A DNA stretch of 56,680 nt, filler included, from Sphacelaria rigidula (Eukaryota), in NCBI GenBank assembly GCA_964200075.2. It is 6 parts of 6 records of this genome, joined end to end, with 100 filler letters (N's around TTAATTAATTAA, not from the genome) between each part and the next. Parts side by side here need not be neighbours in the genome. Positions count along the whole stretch, not along the records: positions 18,930 to 28,292 come from CAXNAA020008671.1; positions 28,393 to 37,755 come from CAXNAA020008672.1; positions 37,856 to 47,218 come from CAXNAA020008673.1; 3 more parts are not named here. One strand, 5' to 3'. Position 1 is the stretch's first letter, and each line of letters opens with the position of its first letter. The position numbers and the translations under genes are program-made. Below, piece by piece: positions 26,001 to 37,961 of this stretch. The notes under the pieces are model-generated. The model did not search any database. It was not told where the DNA came from and saw nothing but the letters and a program-made list of their open reading frames with translations.

Positions 26001-27286
26001 CCGCAGGCAAGCGTGGGCAAGACGGACACTTGTTAAAAAAAGTAAAAAGCACGCAACTATTGCATCCCGACGGTGGCACTGTTGCAACAAGGACACTCAC
26101 TCGACCGACTCTTGTACGCTCGATTCCCGGCAACGCGGTCATTTTCCTGGTTCCCGTTGTTCGGAAACCCGAGACGGCGATGATTGGGCATAGTGTAGTA
26201 GTGCTGGTCTACCGCACGAAAATTCAGTAGCAAGGCTGGTGCCGTGGAATAGATAAGTTGATCCCTCCCGACTACGAACGCGTCCTCAGGGAGCGGGGAG
26301 GGGGATGTAGTCATAATCTTGCATGCCGTAGTCATAAGACCGTTGACCTCCCGGAGGGGGGGACGAAATGTACGACATACATGGGGTTGATTTGATTCTG
26401 ATTGATTGATTGTCGCACTTTAATTGACCCCCCAGGGGTCCAGGCATGGTCTCATGAATGGGGAGACATGGTTATTGACAAAATGCGATGAGCTATGAAG
26501 CAAGGACAACATTTGCAGCATCATTAGCTGGCAACTGTTGCTCTTTCGAGGCGCCTGCTGGATGGATAGTTAGTCCTTCGACGGCGGTAATTTCAGACTA
26601 CAATATCATCCTATCGGTCACAGTGTGTCGATTGATGAATTTGATTGATTGATTGTCGCACCTTAGAGGACCCCCCAGGGATCCAGCCGTGGTCACATGA
26701 TAGACGTACCCGAGATGAACCAAAATGGACACACTCGCTAAAAAACACGAAAATGAGGGAACCAAAAGGATGGAACGAACAAACAGAGAAATTTAAGGAG
26801 GAAAAAAAGAGAGAAGGAAAACAAACAGAAGAGAAGGAAAGGAGAAAACAAGAAAAGGAAAAGTAAGACCAATCTCGATGAAAATAATAAAATAAAGCTG
26901 GAAATGGCCGGCTCCCGTAGCTTCAGATGAAAGCGGCCGTGCGCAACAACCCCCCACACCCATACACCATACGCACAACAAAAAGGGAGTGGAAACAGAT
27001 TGCGGCTAAGCTATTTCGGAACAACTCTGCAATGCGCAAAAATCAGTCCACCCACTCGTCGTTGAGAAACTCAAGGTGGGAAATCAACCCCGGCAGAGAT
27101 TTATCAGTGGCAACAGGGCTTGACCCACCTGCTTCGAGCAAACATCAGAGGCATCGTTTGCTGCCTTTCTCGCCGTGGCCAGCGCCTCCCCTCTCCTGTC
27201 CAACTCCTTCTCCAGTAGCTCCCTTGCCATCTCGGCCATCCTCCACACAGCCTCTGCGGCTGCTAGTAACTCCTGGTTTGGCATAC
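20088..27286 (-). CDS. large hypothetical protein with N-terminal coiled coil and long low-complexity/disordered C-terminal region; exons 27286-27129, 25963-25809, 25484-25349, [unresolved], about 23996-22782, possibly about 22451-22327, 21984-20088
   Basis: Three phase-compatible coiled-coil exons (ELLAAAEAVWRMAEMARELLEKELDRR; LQELSDARAALRVQEE; AEKEGKALRAELRPLQDEA) and two open reading blocks of 481 and 643 codons with splice signals. No catalytic motif seen. Confidence 0.75.
26290..26365 (-). mobile_element. family-R/LINE 3'-terminal fragment flanked by G-runs
   Basis: Reverse complement reads GGTCAACGGTCTTATGACTACGGCATGCAAGATTATGACTACATCCCCC. Confidence 0.6.
26385..26930 (-). mobile_element. 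two retroposon 3' ends with (CAAT)n tails (26385-26460; 26635-26930)
   Basis: TGTGACCACGGCTGGATCCCTGGGGGGTCC...GTGCGACAATCAATCAATC on the minus strand, duplicated. Confidence 0.7.
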
Positions 27287-27406
27287 CTAGATTGCAGCAT
27301 TTGCCGTACGAATAGGCAAAAGCAAGGGGTTGAGATGAGGCGGTGGCACTGGAACCGCGCACCCGAGTCGTAGCAAGGGCCTGCCCCAGTTTTTCCTCAT
27401 GCTCGG

Positions 27407-27800
27407 TACTAGACGTTAACTAGACGTTAACTAGATGTTGACTAGATGTTAACTAGGTGTTGACTCGACGTGAACTAAGTATTAACTAGACGTAAACCAA
27501 GTGTTAACTAGACGTGAGCTAAGTGTTAACCAGACGTGAACTAGGTGTTAACTAGACGTGAACTAGGTGTTAACTAGATGTTAAGTAGGTGTTAACTAGG
27601 CGGAACTAGGTGTTCACTCAAGGTAAACTAGGTGTTCACTACACGTTAACTAGGTGTTCACTATGTTGGTTATCGAGTCAATGAATTCAAGTGCTGAAAT
27701 AGAATGCATCTCCTATAACCTGCGGTCTGGGCAGCACTAGTAGACGGAACATCTCAACAAACTAGACATGGACTAGGTGTTAACCAGAGGTTAACTTGCA
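27407..27800. repeat. minisatellite with 10-bp unit (AACTAGRYGT-like) and 20-bp higher order
   Basis: About 25 degenerate units at 27407-27665 plus a remnant at 27760-27795. Confidence 0.9.
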
Positions 27801-27899
27801 TTCTTCTTAATTTCCTTCATATTTTCTTCCATGTCTCTTTTTCCCTTTCTTCTTCCAGTTCATTGCTCTGTTCGTTTTTCTCCTTCTTTCCACGTCGCC

Positions 27900-28292
27900 T
27901 CCCCCCTGTGGACCTCCGATGGGGTTGGCGTCAGTTGGCGATGATACTTTAAAACACGCCACTCACTACGGAAGCTAGGCGACCAGGTTACCGTTGTTTT
28001 TGCGCGCTTGCGTTTTTTTCTTGCGGTCAACATGATGGAAGTCGAGCTAGATCATGTTCTACGGCGTGGGAGAACCTCAACTTCGCACAATGGGGATGAT
28101 CGTACTACGTAGTGTTTAAATGGTGAGGCACCCATCAGGCAGTGCATAAGCTGTGGCGCTCTCAGGAAGTGGCGATACCAGAAAATGAAGCAACCCATTG
28201 TAGGCCGTCATCCAAATGCAAGATAATCAGTACGCCCCGGGCCAAACAATCTTAGCAAGATGCAGCTCACCCTTCATGCGACTCGCCGAACA
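27900..28292 (+). mobile_element. family-R retroposon, cut by contig end
   Basis: Homologous to 4720-5090 and preceded by a C-run. Confidence 0.8.
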
Positions 28293-28392
28293 NNNNNNNN
28301 NNNNNNNNNNNNNNNNNNNNNNNNNNNNNNNNNNNNTTAATTAATTAANNNNNNNNNNNNNNNNNNNNNNNNNNNNNNNNNNNNNNNNNNNN
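28293..28392. other. artificial contig linker
   Basis: N44-TTAATTAATTAA-N44. Confidence 0.98.
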
Positions 28393-28732
28393 GATTTTGG
28401 GAAGTTGCATTTGGTAACGTTGCCGGGGGGTGGGGAGTGGTATGTTTATTGAGTAAACAAATGGGCCTTCGTTCATTTTTTTTTTTTTGGGGGGGGGGTT
28501 CAGGCGTTCGCGTAAAACGATGGCCGTTGCCATACTAAAACGCCCTCGACCAGTGAAAAGAAATGGATGAAAAACCTTTCCCATTTTCCTCAATTCATCA
28601 TGATTTAGCGAGGTCCCGCGAAAATTTTGAATATACCAATATCCAACGTGGGCCGGTAAACGGCCTGCATATACTGTTCCGGATTTCCGCCGGCCCGGTT
28701 TTCAAAAGGCGAATTTGCAACTTTTGACCAAA

Positions 28733-29380
28733 AGGTGGACAGTGGACTTTGGTATGGACAATCAACAGGGCGTCAAGGAAAGCTGTCTGTGGGGTTCCAA
28801 TTTTTTTCCATGAGTCAAGGGGAATTATCAGTTCTAATCCTTTTGGAATCCTCCCCTCCTCTCCCCCGGCCAAAGGCCTCATTATGAAAAGCCCTGACGT
28901 AGAGGGGAAGAAAAAGCAGAAAAGGCCGACAGAATCCATTTTACGATGAAAGACCGAAGAAGAATCTAGTAGCACACGCTGCGGGTACAGGAAAAATGCC
29001 CTCCATGGAGGGGTCGGGTGAGGTTTGTCCGATCATACCACGCAGCGGATGAAGCATGTCCAATTGTATCTATCCACAAAAATCAGCGAAACACCATGAA
29101 ACCTTCCATCGGTGAATAGGAAACCTCCTCTTGTTCCACTTGTCACTCCCACGGTTCTGAAAAATACGCATCAGGTGAATGTTGTTGCGTCTGAGCTACA
29201 AAAAATCAACCATATCTTTCTTGAAAACCGAGAAATTTAAAGGATCAATTTTTCATAGTCAGTTCCGTAAGAATTCAGGTTCAGTAAAATGCCATTAAAT
29301 TATAAAAAAAATCTGGGACCTCACAGACAGCTTTTCTCCACGCCCTGTTGATTGTCCATACCAAATTTCACTGTCCACCT
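28733..29380. mobile_element. about 650-bp non-autonomous TIR element
   Basis: About 65-bp TIRs AGGTGGACAGTGGACTTTGGTATGGACAATCAACAGGGCG / CGCCCTGTTGATTGTCCATACCAAATTTCACTGTCCACCT. Confidence 0.75.
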
Positions 29381-29604
29381 CCAAGTAAAGAAATACGAAT
29401 TCGCCTGCGAACTACACATCCGCTTGTAGGCTGGCCCACCTCGCATGACTAACCCACCCTGATGCGAGCAGGACCAGTTCCGCACGTTCTCGGAAACAGA
29501 ACACCGTGCGAACATGTTCTAATCACTTTCTGAACTGCAGAAAGATATAAAATTGCACGACAAATGGTCTGAATACTCGGAGACATAGGTACGACCTTAG
29601 TCGA

Positions 29605-30830
29605 CGCGGTGCGGTAATTTTCAGGGTACTCCTCGGGAAGGGTTTTTGAGGCGGTACTAGACGGGGCGGTACCGCAACATGACGGGAATTTTTAGGCGGT
29701 CGGCAGGTTTTCGTTTTTTGACGGTACCGCCTTCGGCGGTTGACGGTAACGCCAAATCTGGCGGTAATATATCTGGCGGTTCGCGATATGACGGTATCGC
29801 CTTCGGCGGTTGACGCTACAATAAATTATGACGGTAATTTTTCGGCGGCTGGCAATATGACGGTACCGCCTTCGGCGGTAACAACACCATAGGGCGGTAA
29901 AACGTACAACGCCAACGTCGACAGAGAGTACTTTGGGCGGTAATATATTGGCGGTGAGCGTTTTTCGTACGCCAATGGTATCCTACGCCCCTACCTAGAC
30001 ATTTGCGTCCAACAAAAGGCAACCTTTAAATAAGTTTTTTACCTGTTGTCTTTTTGTCGTTTACTTCTGTTTTTTTCCGACGATGTGAACCTTGTGCATG
30101 CACATGTACACTGCATATCTTGGACTTTAAAATAAAAAAGCAAAAGTATTCACGGGTTTGCCACTTCCTGTATGACCCCGGCGGGTATACATGCGTTCGT
30201 TTGTACCAACATGCACTTTAACAACAACCAGCACCAAGAAAATTGTAAAAAAAGTGAAGAAGTCTGCGCGGAAAAGTGTAGAACACCGGAAATGTGGTGA
30301 TCGAACTCAAGTTCTGTAAGTGTGCAGGGTTACTGCTCAATCTATTTGACTAACCGGCCGTGGTAATGCGCGAAAAGGCGGACTTTGGAATACGGTCCCG
30401 GTAACACTGTATTACGGCACACGGTACTATTTCGGCGGTATGCAATTTGACGGGAACTTTTCGGACGGGCCCTTTAACACTGTATTACGGCGAAATGTTG
30501 TCGGCGGTATCGCAATATGACGGGAATAGTTGAGCGGTCCCGGTAACATGATAATTCGGCGGTTCTTTTTCGGCGGTATCGCAATATGACGGGAATTATT
30601 GAGCGGTCCCGGTAACATTATAATACGGCGATTTTTTTTCGGCGGTATCGCAGTATAACGGGAATTTTTAGGCGGTAGGCGGTTTCTCGTTTTTTGACGG
30701 TACCGCTTTTGTCGGTACCGCCTTCGGCGGTTGACGGTAACGCCGAATCTTGCGGTGATTCCCGTCATTACCGTAACCATTCAAATATCGTGGGAATTTT
30801 CGTCGGGAAATTTCCCGAGGAGTCCCCTCG
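29605..30830. repeat. two GGCGGTA/GACGG-rich arrays (29605-29960, 30390-30830) around a tRNA-like core
   Basis: About 69-bp tandem units start at 30393, 30466, 30535 and 30604. 29680-29765 is duplicated at about 30657-30757. Confidence 0.75.
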
Positions 30831-33789
30831 TAATTGAGTCGTGATCCAATCCACCATAACACAATGTAAAGCTGGTATCGGATAGAGACGGGTTGGTCTC
30901 TCTATACTGCACTACAATACGAACTCGTCCCGAGAAAGGGACTGGTCCAAAGTGCCACTATTGGTACGATGGAGACCTATGGACGAATATATATTGCAGA
31001 GGATTCCTTTAAAGTGAGTGCAATTCGCACAGGACCACAGGGTGCAATTGAATCATCCAAACGCCGGTCGCACACACACGGTGTTCAGTGGGACAAACGG
31101 CATCAACGAACGGTGGTTGGAATGTGAATTCGAAGTCTCCCAGTGTTCATTTTGCACTTACCGCCCCCTAGTCCCGTAGTGGGTACAAATGACACACTCG
31201 TTCTAAAACCAACATACCAAACTACAATAAGCCGGCATAGTATCACGGCACACTGGTGGTGATCGTGTCGGCGGTAAGATATGCTCTCAAAAAGTGCCTG
31301 TCCGAAACCAGCAATAAAATGTCAACCCACCACACACACAGCCCGATCCCTCCCCTCTACACTGAGAGCTTATACGAGTGCACATGCCAACGTCAACTTC
31401 ATGAACAACAGTCTAACTTTCCCAAAAATGTCAGGAATCTGCTTATGGCACTGTCCTCATCATATTCAAGAAGTTTTCGTGTGACAGACTCTAATGGAAA
31501 ATTGACAGCGGGAACGACGAGGGATTTTGCGACTAAAAATATTGTTCTGAAGTCGGGTTACATGCTATCGTTCCACCAATTGTAATGCATGCACCTCGGA
31601 CATTTTTACAAATATAAAGTGCCCGGGATGATGTACCGTGGTCCGTGAATCCTTCTAGTATGTTGCCATGCGTACGAACCACGTGAACAACCGTGCCACA
31701 TCTCCACGGCTTCTTCGACAACAACACGGTCAGCCTACGGTGGAGCTGGTCGATTACCCCCCACTACAGCACATGTCACTGCTGCAGCCAATTTTTTACA
31801 CTGTCCAGGTGCCCACATCTTGCGAACGGCGACGGACAAGGTGAAGCGGGACTTTATCGAGAGTGTGAAAGCATGGTATGCCGTGGTTAGCATACGACGC
31901 ACGTACGCGGCTGAGTTCTTTTAAAAGGTTTCTGGTCTTCGCATGGAATACTCACCGTCACCGACCCGATGATACAAGTGAGGACCTTCTTTTACAGCAT
32001 CCAGCGTCGGTGTCATTCAGTCAACATTCCATTATTTCCGTAGGGACCTACTTTTCGTATTAATATTTCCTTTCCCTTCCTTTCCTTTGACCCTTTTCTG
32101 TCCTGTATATGCGTATCTCGCCTTCGTTGACTTCACTCTAGTTGCTCGAATATTACTTGATTTTCCCCATCTTTCCTGTTCATCGAGTTTTGTATCATGA
32201 GTGGACCCCATTTAATACCTTGGGCATGTGTACCTTGTGACCACGCCTCAATCTCTCGGAGATCACTTCATGTACGACATTCAATCGATCGAATCCGTTA
32301 GGATGTTATTCATTGCGATTCGCAAGGATTCAGTGCCAATTTACATTGCAGCACAAGAGAGAGACACGTGATGGAATATGGCACAGTATGGGCTACACTC
32401 GAAACCAAACATTTGTTGGATTTAAAATACACCCACACTCGTGCTCAGTCGATCGGTGAAAACCCTTCATGTCGCTTTGAACGACAAATCTTCAACCCTT
32501 TCACGACACCTTCAGGACAATCCTTTAGACAAAAACATCCATGGGCACATCGGGGAAAAAATGTAGACCAGGCCGTACAGCAAGAAATTTAATAAGCGCG
32601 TGACGAGCGAAGTTACCGTTTTCATGGGCGATGTAACACCATAGGGATCACTCCAGAGGTGAGCAAACAAAACAGTCACTTGCCCGCGTACGAACCAGCA
32701 ACACGCCGGGCGCTGCCGTCGTAAATGTTGCCTGCGGTGTCACCTTGATATCCTTCGAATAAAAATTACACAGCTGGTGAGTCGAGGACTGTTCCATGGA
32801 ACCCCATGCACTGTATCCAGAAAACGACTTCAATCCTTCATTGCAAAGCTTTACTACGGAATCGACGTTTCCTTGGGAGCACCCAGAATAGGGACCAAGA
32901 TACTGGCTCACATTGGCCATCCTCAACAAGTCTCCAAGTTCGCCGGAGTACCGTCGTACACGTGGGCACTCCTGTGGAGCCCGTTTATAACTAGTTTATG
33001 AGAAGGTACATCGACACAAACGATAACAACCAAGGCGTTGACCACAGTTTGAATGGTCGCGAGAGCTAAGAGGTACGCACCCAGGCTATTCCGTGGTACA
33101 GCGGCGACCCTAGATTTTCACAACTACTAGTGTGGCACCAAGAGGACGTACCAGATTAGCGGTTTGCCCTTTCGCGTCTGACACCGAAGCTGTGCGATTA
33201 GTGGAACGGCGTAGGGCGTGCAACGCAATTCGGGCGGACGTACGGGCACATCATCGGGAAATATCAACCTCTCCAACGTCAGTATCAGGCATCGTCATAG
33301 TGGGTGCGAGATGCACCATCTAGCAACGGTCGCGTATGGCTGGCTTCTGAAAATACAAAATCGTCACGTTTTGGATTCGGCTAGGGTCAGGGTTAGAGTG
33401 AGGGCGCTGGTTCGGAAAACCCTGGTACTAAGAAGCGCCGCAAACATGCACACAGGAAGCACTTATCTGGCACTTTCCTCCCTTCGGCCTTGCAGTTTGG
33501 AACTTTCAACGTCCAATGCCGCGTATGTCCGGGAGTTTTGAAATCCGACACCGCCACGTTTCGCATCGTCTTCCTCGGGGATACCGTTTCAGAATTCCTG
33601 GTACTATCGAGTGCTGCGAATATGCACACCCTTATTCCGAGTGTTTTTTCTCGAGGTATTAATCACGAGCGAAATATATTCTGAGGGGAGCGAGTCGTGC
33701 ATCGCCGCAGACCGTTGATCTTCAGCGTTTGCAACGTTGCTAGTCGTGCTTTCAGTATAGCTGTGCGCATCTTACAGAGTGGAGTGCCT

Positions 33790-34665
33790 CCAAACATGTT
33801 CCAAAACACCCGAACATGAAAAATCCCACACCTACACTTTTATTTGTACCAATGCTGGAATATTAGGAGAGGTATGGGAGGGGAGGGTGAACTTGGTGAA
33901 AGAAGTTGGAAACAGTACCGATTGCAGCAGCTAAGAAAATGCTTGGATGCTCGGAAACGACGAGTTATCTAACTTCAAGAGCAAAGTAAAGAACGCACAC
34001 AACTAAAACAGAGACATGAGTAAATTGGTACGGTATTTTTTTCCCTCACACTTTGAACCCTTTTCCTCCCTCGGGATTGTCCGTGGTATCAAAGGATCAA
34101 CCCATCTCTTCCCCCGTACGTGTCTTTCATTTTGATCTCGCGGGTTGGATCGGCACTACCGCACCGCGTCAACTTACGTCACACAAACCCAGTCGACTAC
34201 TTTTGTTTACTCACGTTCACACGCTTTCCACGGTGGAAATCATACACTACGAAGAAAAAACCGAAGGAATCGGTAATCGAACCCCCGTTCTCTCCACCCT
34301 GATGGCGACGGTCGGACGGACCATTACACCACCGGGGCGCGGCGGTAATATAGTATAAAAAAGATTCAGATGAAGAGATTGTCAACCATAGTTGATGGGG
34401 CTGCAGGCTGGGATAAGGTGGGATCGACAAGTCGAGAAAGTATGGAAAGAGATAGGGGGGAGCCAACACCAAATACCGTGCATAGGTGAAGGCGCGAAGT
34501 ACAAGAGACACGGAAGACAGGGCAAAAATAAATGCTCAGACGCCAAGTAGACGAGGAAGTATACCTGAAGATATAAAAAGGCTCGAGACAGGAGATGGGG
34601 ATGGAAACATATCTGCATGGCCTGAAGCACGCGGCGAAAAAACTAAAACTGCAACTTCGAGCGAG
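33790..34665 (+). mobile_element. decayed LINE RT C-terminal region interrupted by SINE A
   Basis: Frame-broken VPMLEY.GEVWEG...KKLETVPIAAAKKMLGCSETTS before the SINE. After it: KRLSTIVD...EKVWKEIGG...MGMETYLHGLKHAAKKLKLQLR. Confidence 0.75.
34036..34340 (-). mobile_element. full-length tRNA-derived SINE (family A)
   Basis: Minus strand has A-box TGGTGTAATGG, B-box GGTTCGATTAC, a body, and 3' end ACCACGG...AAAGTGTGAGGG(A)n. Confidence 0.8.
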
Positions 34666-34854
34666 ATGGCTCCGATTTTGATCAAATATCGACAACTATA
34701 TTTTCCATCTGGCACAAAAAGTGTAGGTACTACTTCGGAAGCATTTGTTAGTATTCAATTACTGTGGAGTTTGATGGGGACGCCCCGTACGTTTCCAGAC
34801 GGTAAAGCGGACGAAAGTACGAGCTGGGTCAGCCTGGAGGCGGATTTGAAGTTT

Positions 34855-35235
34855 TCAGGCGAATGCGCCGGCCAGTATTTAGAGCTGGAGCGTATAATTT
34901 GGTATGGACAATGCATGGGGAACAACAAAAAATACTATAGAAGCACAATGAGTTTTGATTTCTTTCCATGAGTTGCGTTCAATAATCGGTTTTCAGGTAT
35001 CAATGAAATGCCCTCAACTCACGGAAAAAAAACATTGTGGTGCTTTCGTAATTCATGTTTATGCCCTATGCATTGTCTGCACCAAATTTTACGCTCCAAC
35101 TCTAAATATTGGCCGGCGCATTCGCCTTTTGAAAACCGGGTCTGTAGATACTCGGAACAAAATTTCGCAGGCCACTCACCGGCCCACGTTAGGTTTTTGT
35201 GCATTGAAAAATGGTGTGGGCCCTCGCTGGGGTAA
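34855..35235. repeat. inverted-repeat (MITE-like) element
   Basis: GGCGAATGCGCCGGCCAGTATTTAGAG (34858) is inverted at CTCTAAATATTGGCCGGCGCATTCGCC (35100). The right part is also related to 28610-28715. Confidence 0.7.
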
Positions 35236-35249
35236 AAATCAACCAACCT

Positions 35250-35468
35250 CAGCGTGTGAGCTTGCTTGTTTTACTGGTTTACGGGGTTGCGGTATGGTGG
35301 AGCCTGGGTTTGTGTGACGTGAGTTGACGCGGTGCGGGAGTGCTGACCCAATCGGCGCGACCAAAATGACAGCCGCGTACGGGGGGAGAAATGGGTTGAT
35401 CCCTTGAGGCCACGGACTCATCCCGAGGGAGGGGTGGGGTTCAAAGTGTGAGGAAAAAAAAATAAAAA
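35250..35468 (+). mobile_element. SINE family A, 5'-truncated
   Basis: Reverse-complement match to 34036-34200; A-rich tail. Confidence 0.8.
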
Positions 35469-36670
35469 TCGCCCCAACCTCTATGAAAACAAATGAAGGC
35501 TCATTTTTTTATTCGGCGCACCTTCGTGGTTGTCCATGCTTAGTTACAAATCACGATTCTAAACATTGAGCTGAAACATTGAGATTAGGCGGTAGAGCAA
35601 TGTTCATTTCCCCTCTAAACTCAACTAAAAACACGAAAAACAATGAAAAAAAAAGAGAGAAGAAAGGTTCGAAGTTGTTTTCATTCTTTTCATTTTGCAC
35701 TTGCGGTTCGCCATATCTCCGTGTAGATGTTGTCTTTCTTCTCTTTTTCTGCGGGCTGTTTGGGCTGTGTGGGTATAGATGTCATGCTCCTTGCACTCTG
35801 TGACCACGGGTTCGAGAGATCCAGCTAATATGACGGATATCTAAGTAGTAGAAATAGTAAGCAGTTCTCCATACCATATTTCATAGAACAACTCTCAAAA
35901 CCTGAGACGCGATATTCAGATTTAGGGCATCTAGTGCCTCTGCTCGTCATATATCAACTTCATTATGGGAACTCACGTGCGCCGTATCTCGAGACAGATT
36001 GTAAATTAGGTGAAGGTGAGGGTATCTTTCGTCTCGCCGTGCCCCAGGGGAGGTTCACACCAAAAATCGTCACAATCCGCTGAATATATCGTTTGGGGTT
36101 TCATATAGATTCTAGTGTGAACGCTATCGCCGTACGGTACAGGAATTACGAGACATGGGGTATATTCAACGAGACAAATATTGGCCTAGATGTTTGAGCA
36201 GATGGGCACCTTCCCATTGTTTACACGATTGATACGATATGCGGATCACGGCCGACCTCGTCCGTGTCGATCAGATATTGATTTCAGACCTCAAATCCAT
36301 TTTGAGCCTGGCACAGCTCGTAGCTTGCCGGAGGACCAAGGGTGGAGTGCTCCGAAATTCACGTCATATCAGAGGACGGTTTACCTCAGCAGAAAGACGA
36401 ACTAAGAGAAACTACTGCCCAACCTTGCTGAACATAGTAAACCAAGCCTGCCCGGCCCAGCCCACAGAACAACGTCGGGTTCCGACAGGAAGCACGAGCA
36501 CCGCACAAACACACGAAGAGAAACAGCGTATTTGGCATGGTGCATGGTGCACGGTACAACGCTTTGCCCCCACTGAGGCACTGACTTCCACGACAACAAC
36601 AACAGGATTGCTATCCTAGCTTTCCGTCATCACCCAACAGTCTCGTTCAAAACGTTACAATGCAGCTCAC

Positions 36671-36742
36671 CTGTCAGCCGGTTGTTGTTCAGCCACAGCC
36701 ACGTCAAAGCGGTAAGCTGTCCCAGCTCTTCGGGGATATCAC
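36671..36742 (-). CDS. single 72-nt leucine-rich-repeat exon (24-aa plant-type LRR as in brown-algal LRR-ROCO/LRR proteins)
   Basis: ttcaccacag|GT GAT ATC CCC...CTG ACA G|gtgagc encodes GDIPEELGQLTALTWLWLNNNRLT; symmetric phase 1-1 exon. Confidence 0.88.
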
Positions 36743-37669
36743 CTGTGGTGAAAGAAGGGGACAGCACGGACAGACGAGTAACTTGACGAAACATTTTTGT
36801 ATCGGCACGGAATACTTGTAAGCCGTGTGAACTGCCGCCGGATGCTTCACCTCGTAGTCGGTGGCCCCTGTATACGTTGTGAGTACACCGGTTTCTCACC
36901 AATGTACTGCGGTTCACCACCCCATGCAAGAGAGGGACACACGAGTGAGGCACATGGTGGGACATGGATAATCTACGGTAGACGCTGAAAAACACAACTG
37001 CGGACGATAAAAAAAGAAACCTACACTTGCTTATCCCCTAGACAGCGGCCCCGCCACGGGTGGACTTGAGATGGACCGTGCCACACTTGGAGTTCAGAAC
37101 AGCTCTTGTTTCGCTGCACGAAACGCCTTTTTCCGTAATCGTGCGGATGCTGGGCATCTGTAAATAAAAACGTTGCGAAAAACCCCTGATCGATTTTCAC
37201 CATGCAGCCTGTAGCGTGCAGGGTCGGTATGAGTGCAGTATATTCCGCTGGATACAACGGCAAGAAACAGTCAGCTCGGAGGTCGCTCCTCACCGAACAC
37301 AACTCACTGCATACTCCCGATGCATCTGCTTGGTGTTCTACTATAACACTACGGACTGCGAACCTATGCTGGCAAGACATGAAGCGTCGAACAGAGGGCA
37401 CACACCTCGAGTCGAGTACAAAACACGTCATGCGTGCCCATGTAGGGGATGTTTGAATTGACATGACCACAATGAGAGACCGCTGGACACCGGGGTAGTT
37501 TACGTGTAGGGGGACTACGTGCTCATTAAGTTATGTCAGAAAGGTCATTCCGCGCCTGAACAAACGATGGATCTGGCATGGAATCTTCCGCGGAAAAGTC
37601 GCGAACACACACGGTTGACTTGGTGAGCCCCCGCTACTCTGCGGGTAGACTCCCCCTCCCCCTAGAAAC

Positions 37670-37755
37670 CACCCCCGCACCCATAAGGCACTGTATAAGC
37701 CGTGGCTGTCTCTGGAAGTGGCGATACCACAACATAAAACAACCCATTGTAGGCT
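37670..37755 (+). mobile_element. family-R fragment at contig end
   Basis: TAAGCCGTGGCTGTCTCTGGAAGTGGCGATACC is shared with 4940-4970. Confidence 0.7.
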
Positions 37756-37855
37756 NNNNNNNNNNNNNNNNNNNNNNNNNNNNNNNNNNNNNNNNNNNNT
37801 TAATTAATTAANNNNNNNNNNNNNNNNNNNNNNNNNNNNNNNNNNNNNNNNNNNN
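37756..37855. other. artificial contig linker
   Basis: N44-TTAATTAATTAA-N44. Confidence 0.98.
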
Positions 37856-37874
37856 ACCATCATGGTTAGGTGGG

Positions 37875-37957
37875 CGGGTGGGCGGGGGGGGTGTACTCAT
37901 TTGTTGCTTGCCTTAGCCGTTTGACCATTAACCACGTATCCCTTTCGAGACGGAGGT
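37875..37957 (-). mobile_element. LINE extreme 3' end (ORF stop plus poly-C)
   Basis: Minus strand reads PSRKGYVVNGQTAKASNK* then GTACA(C)n. Confidence 0.7.
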
Positions 37958-37961
37958 TAGG

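Noticed and set aside
30390..30680. CRISPR-like array
   Set aside because: Whole about 69-bp units are mutually similar with no unique spacers; eukaryotic context and no cas genes.
30900..33350. Possible decayed gene or viral (phaeovirus-like) insert in contig 4
   Set aside because: Looks unique and coding-like, but no recognisable motif or long ORF in any frame.
33375..33405. Telomere-like TAGGGTCAGGGTTAGAG (also about 635-666 and 1930-1957)
   Set aside because: Only three to five degenerate units, internal; not a telomere.
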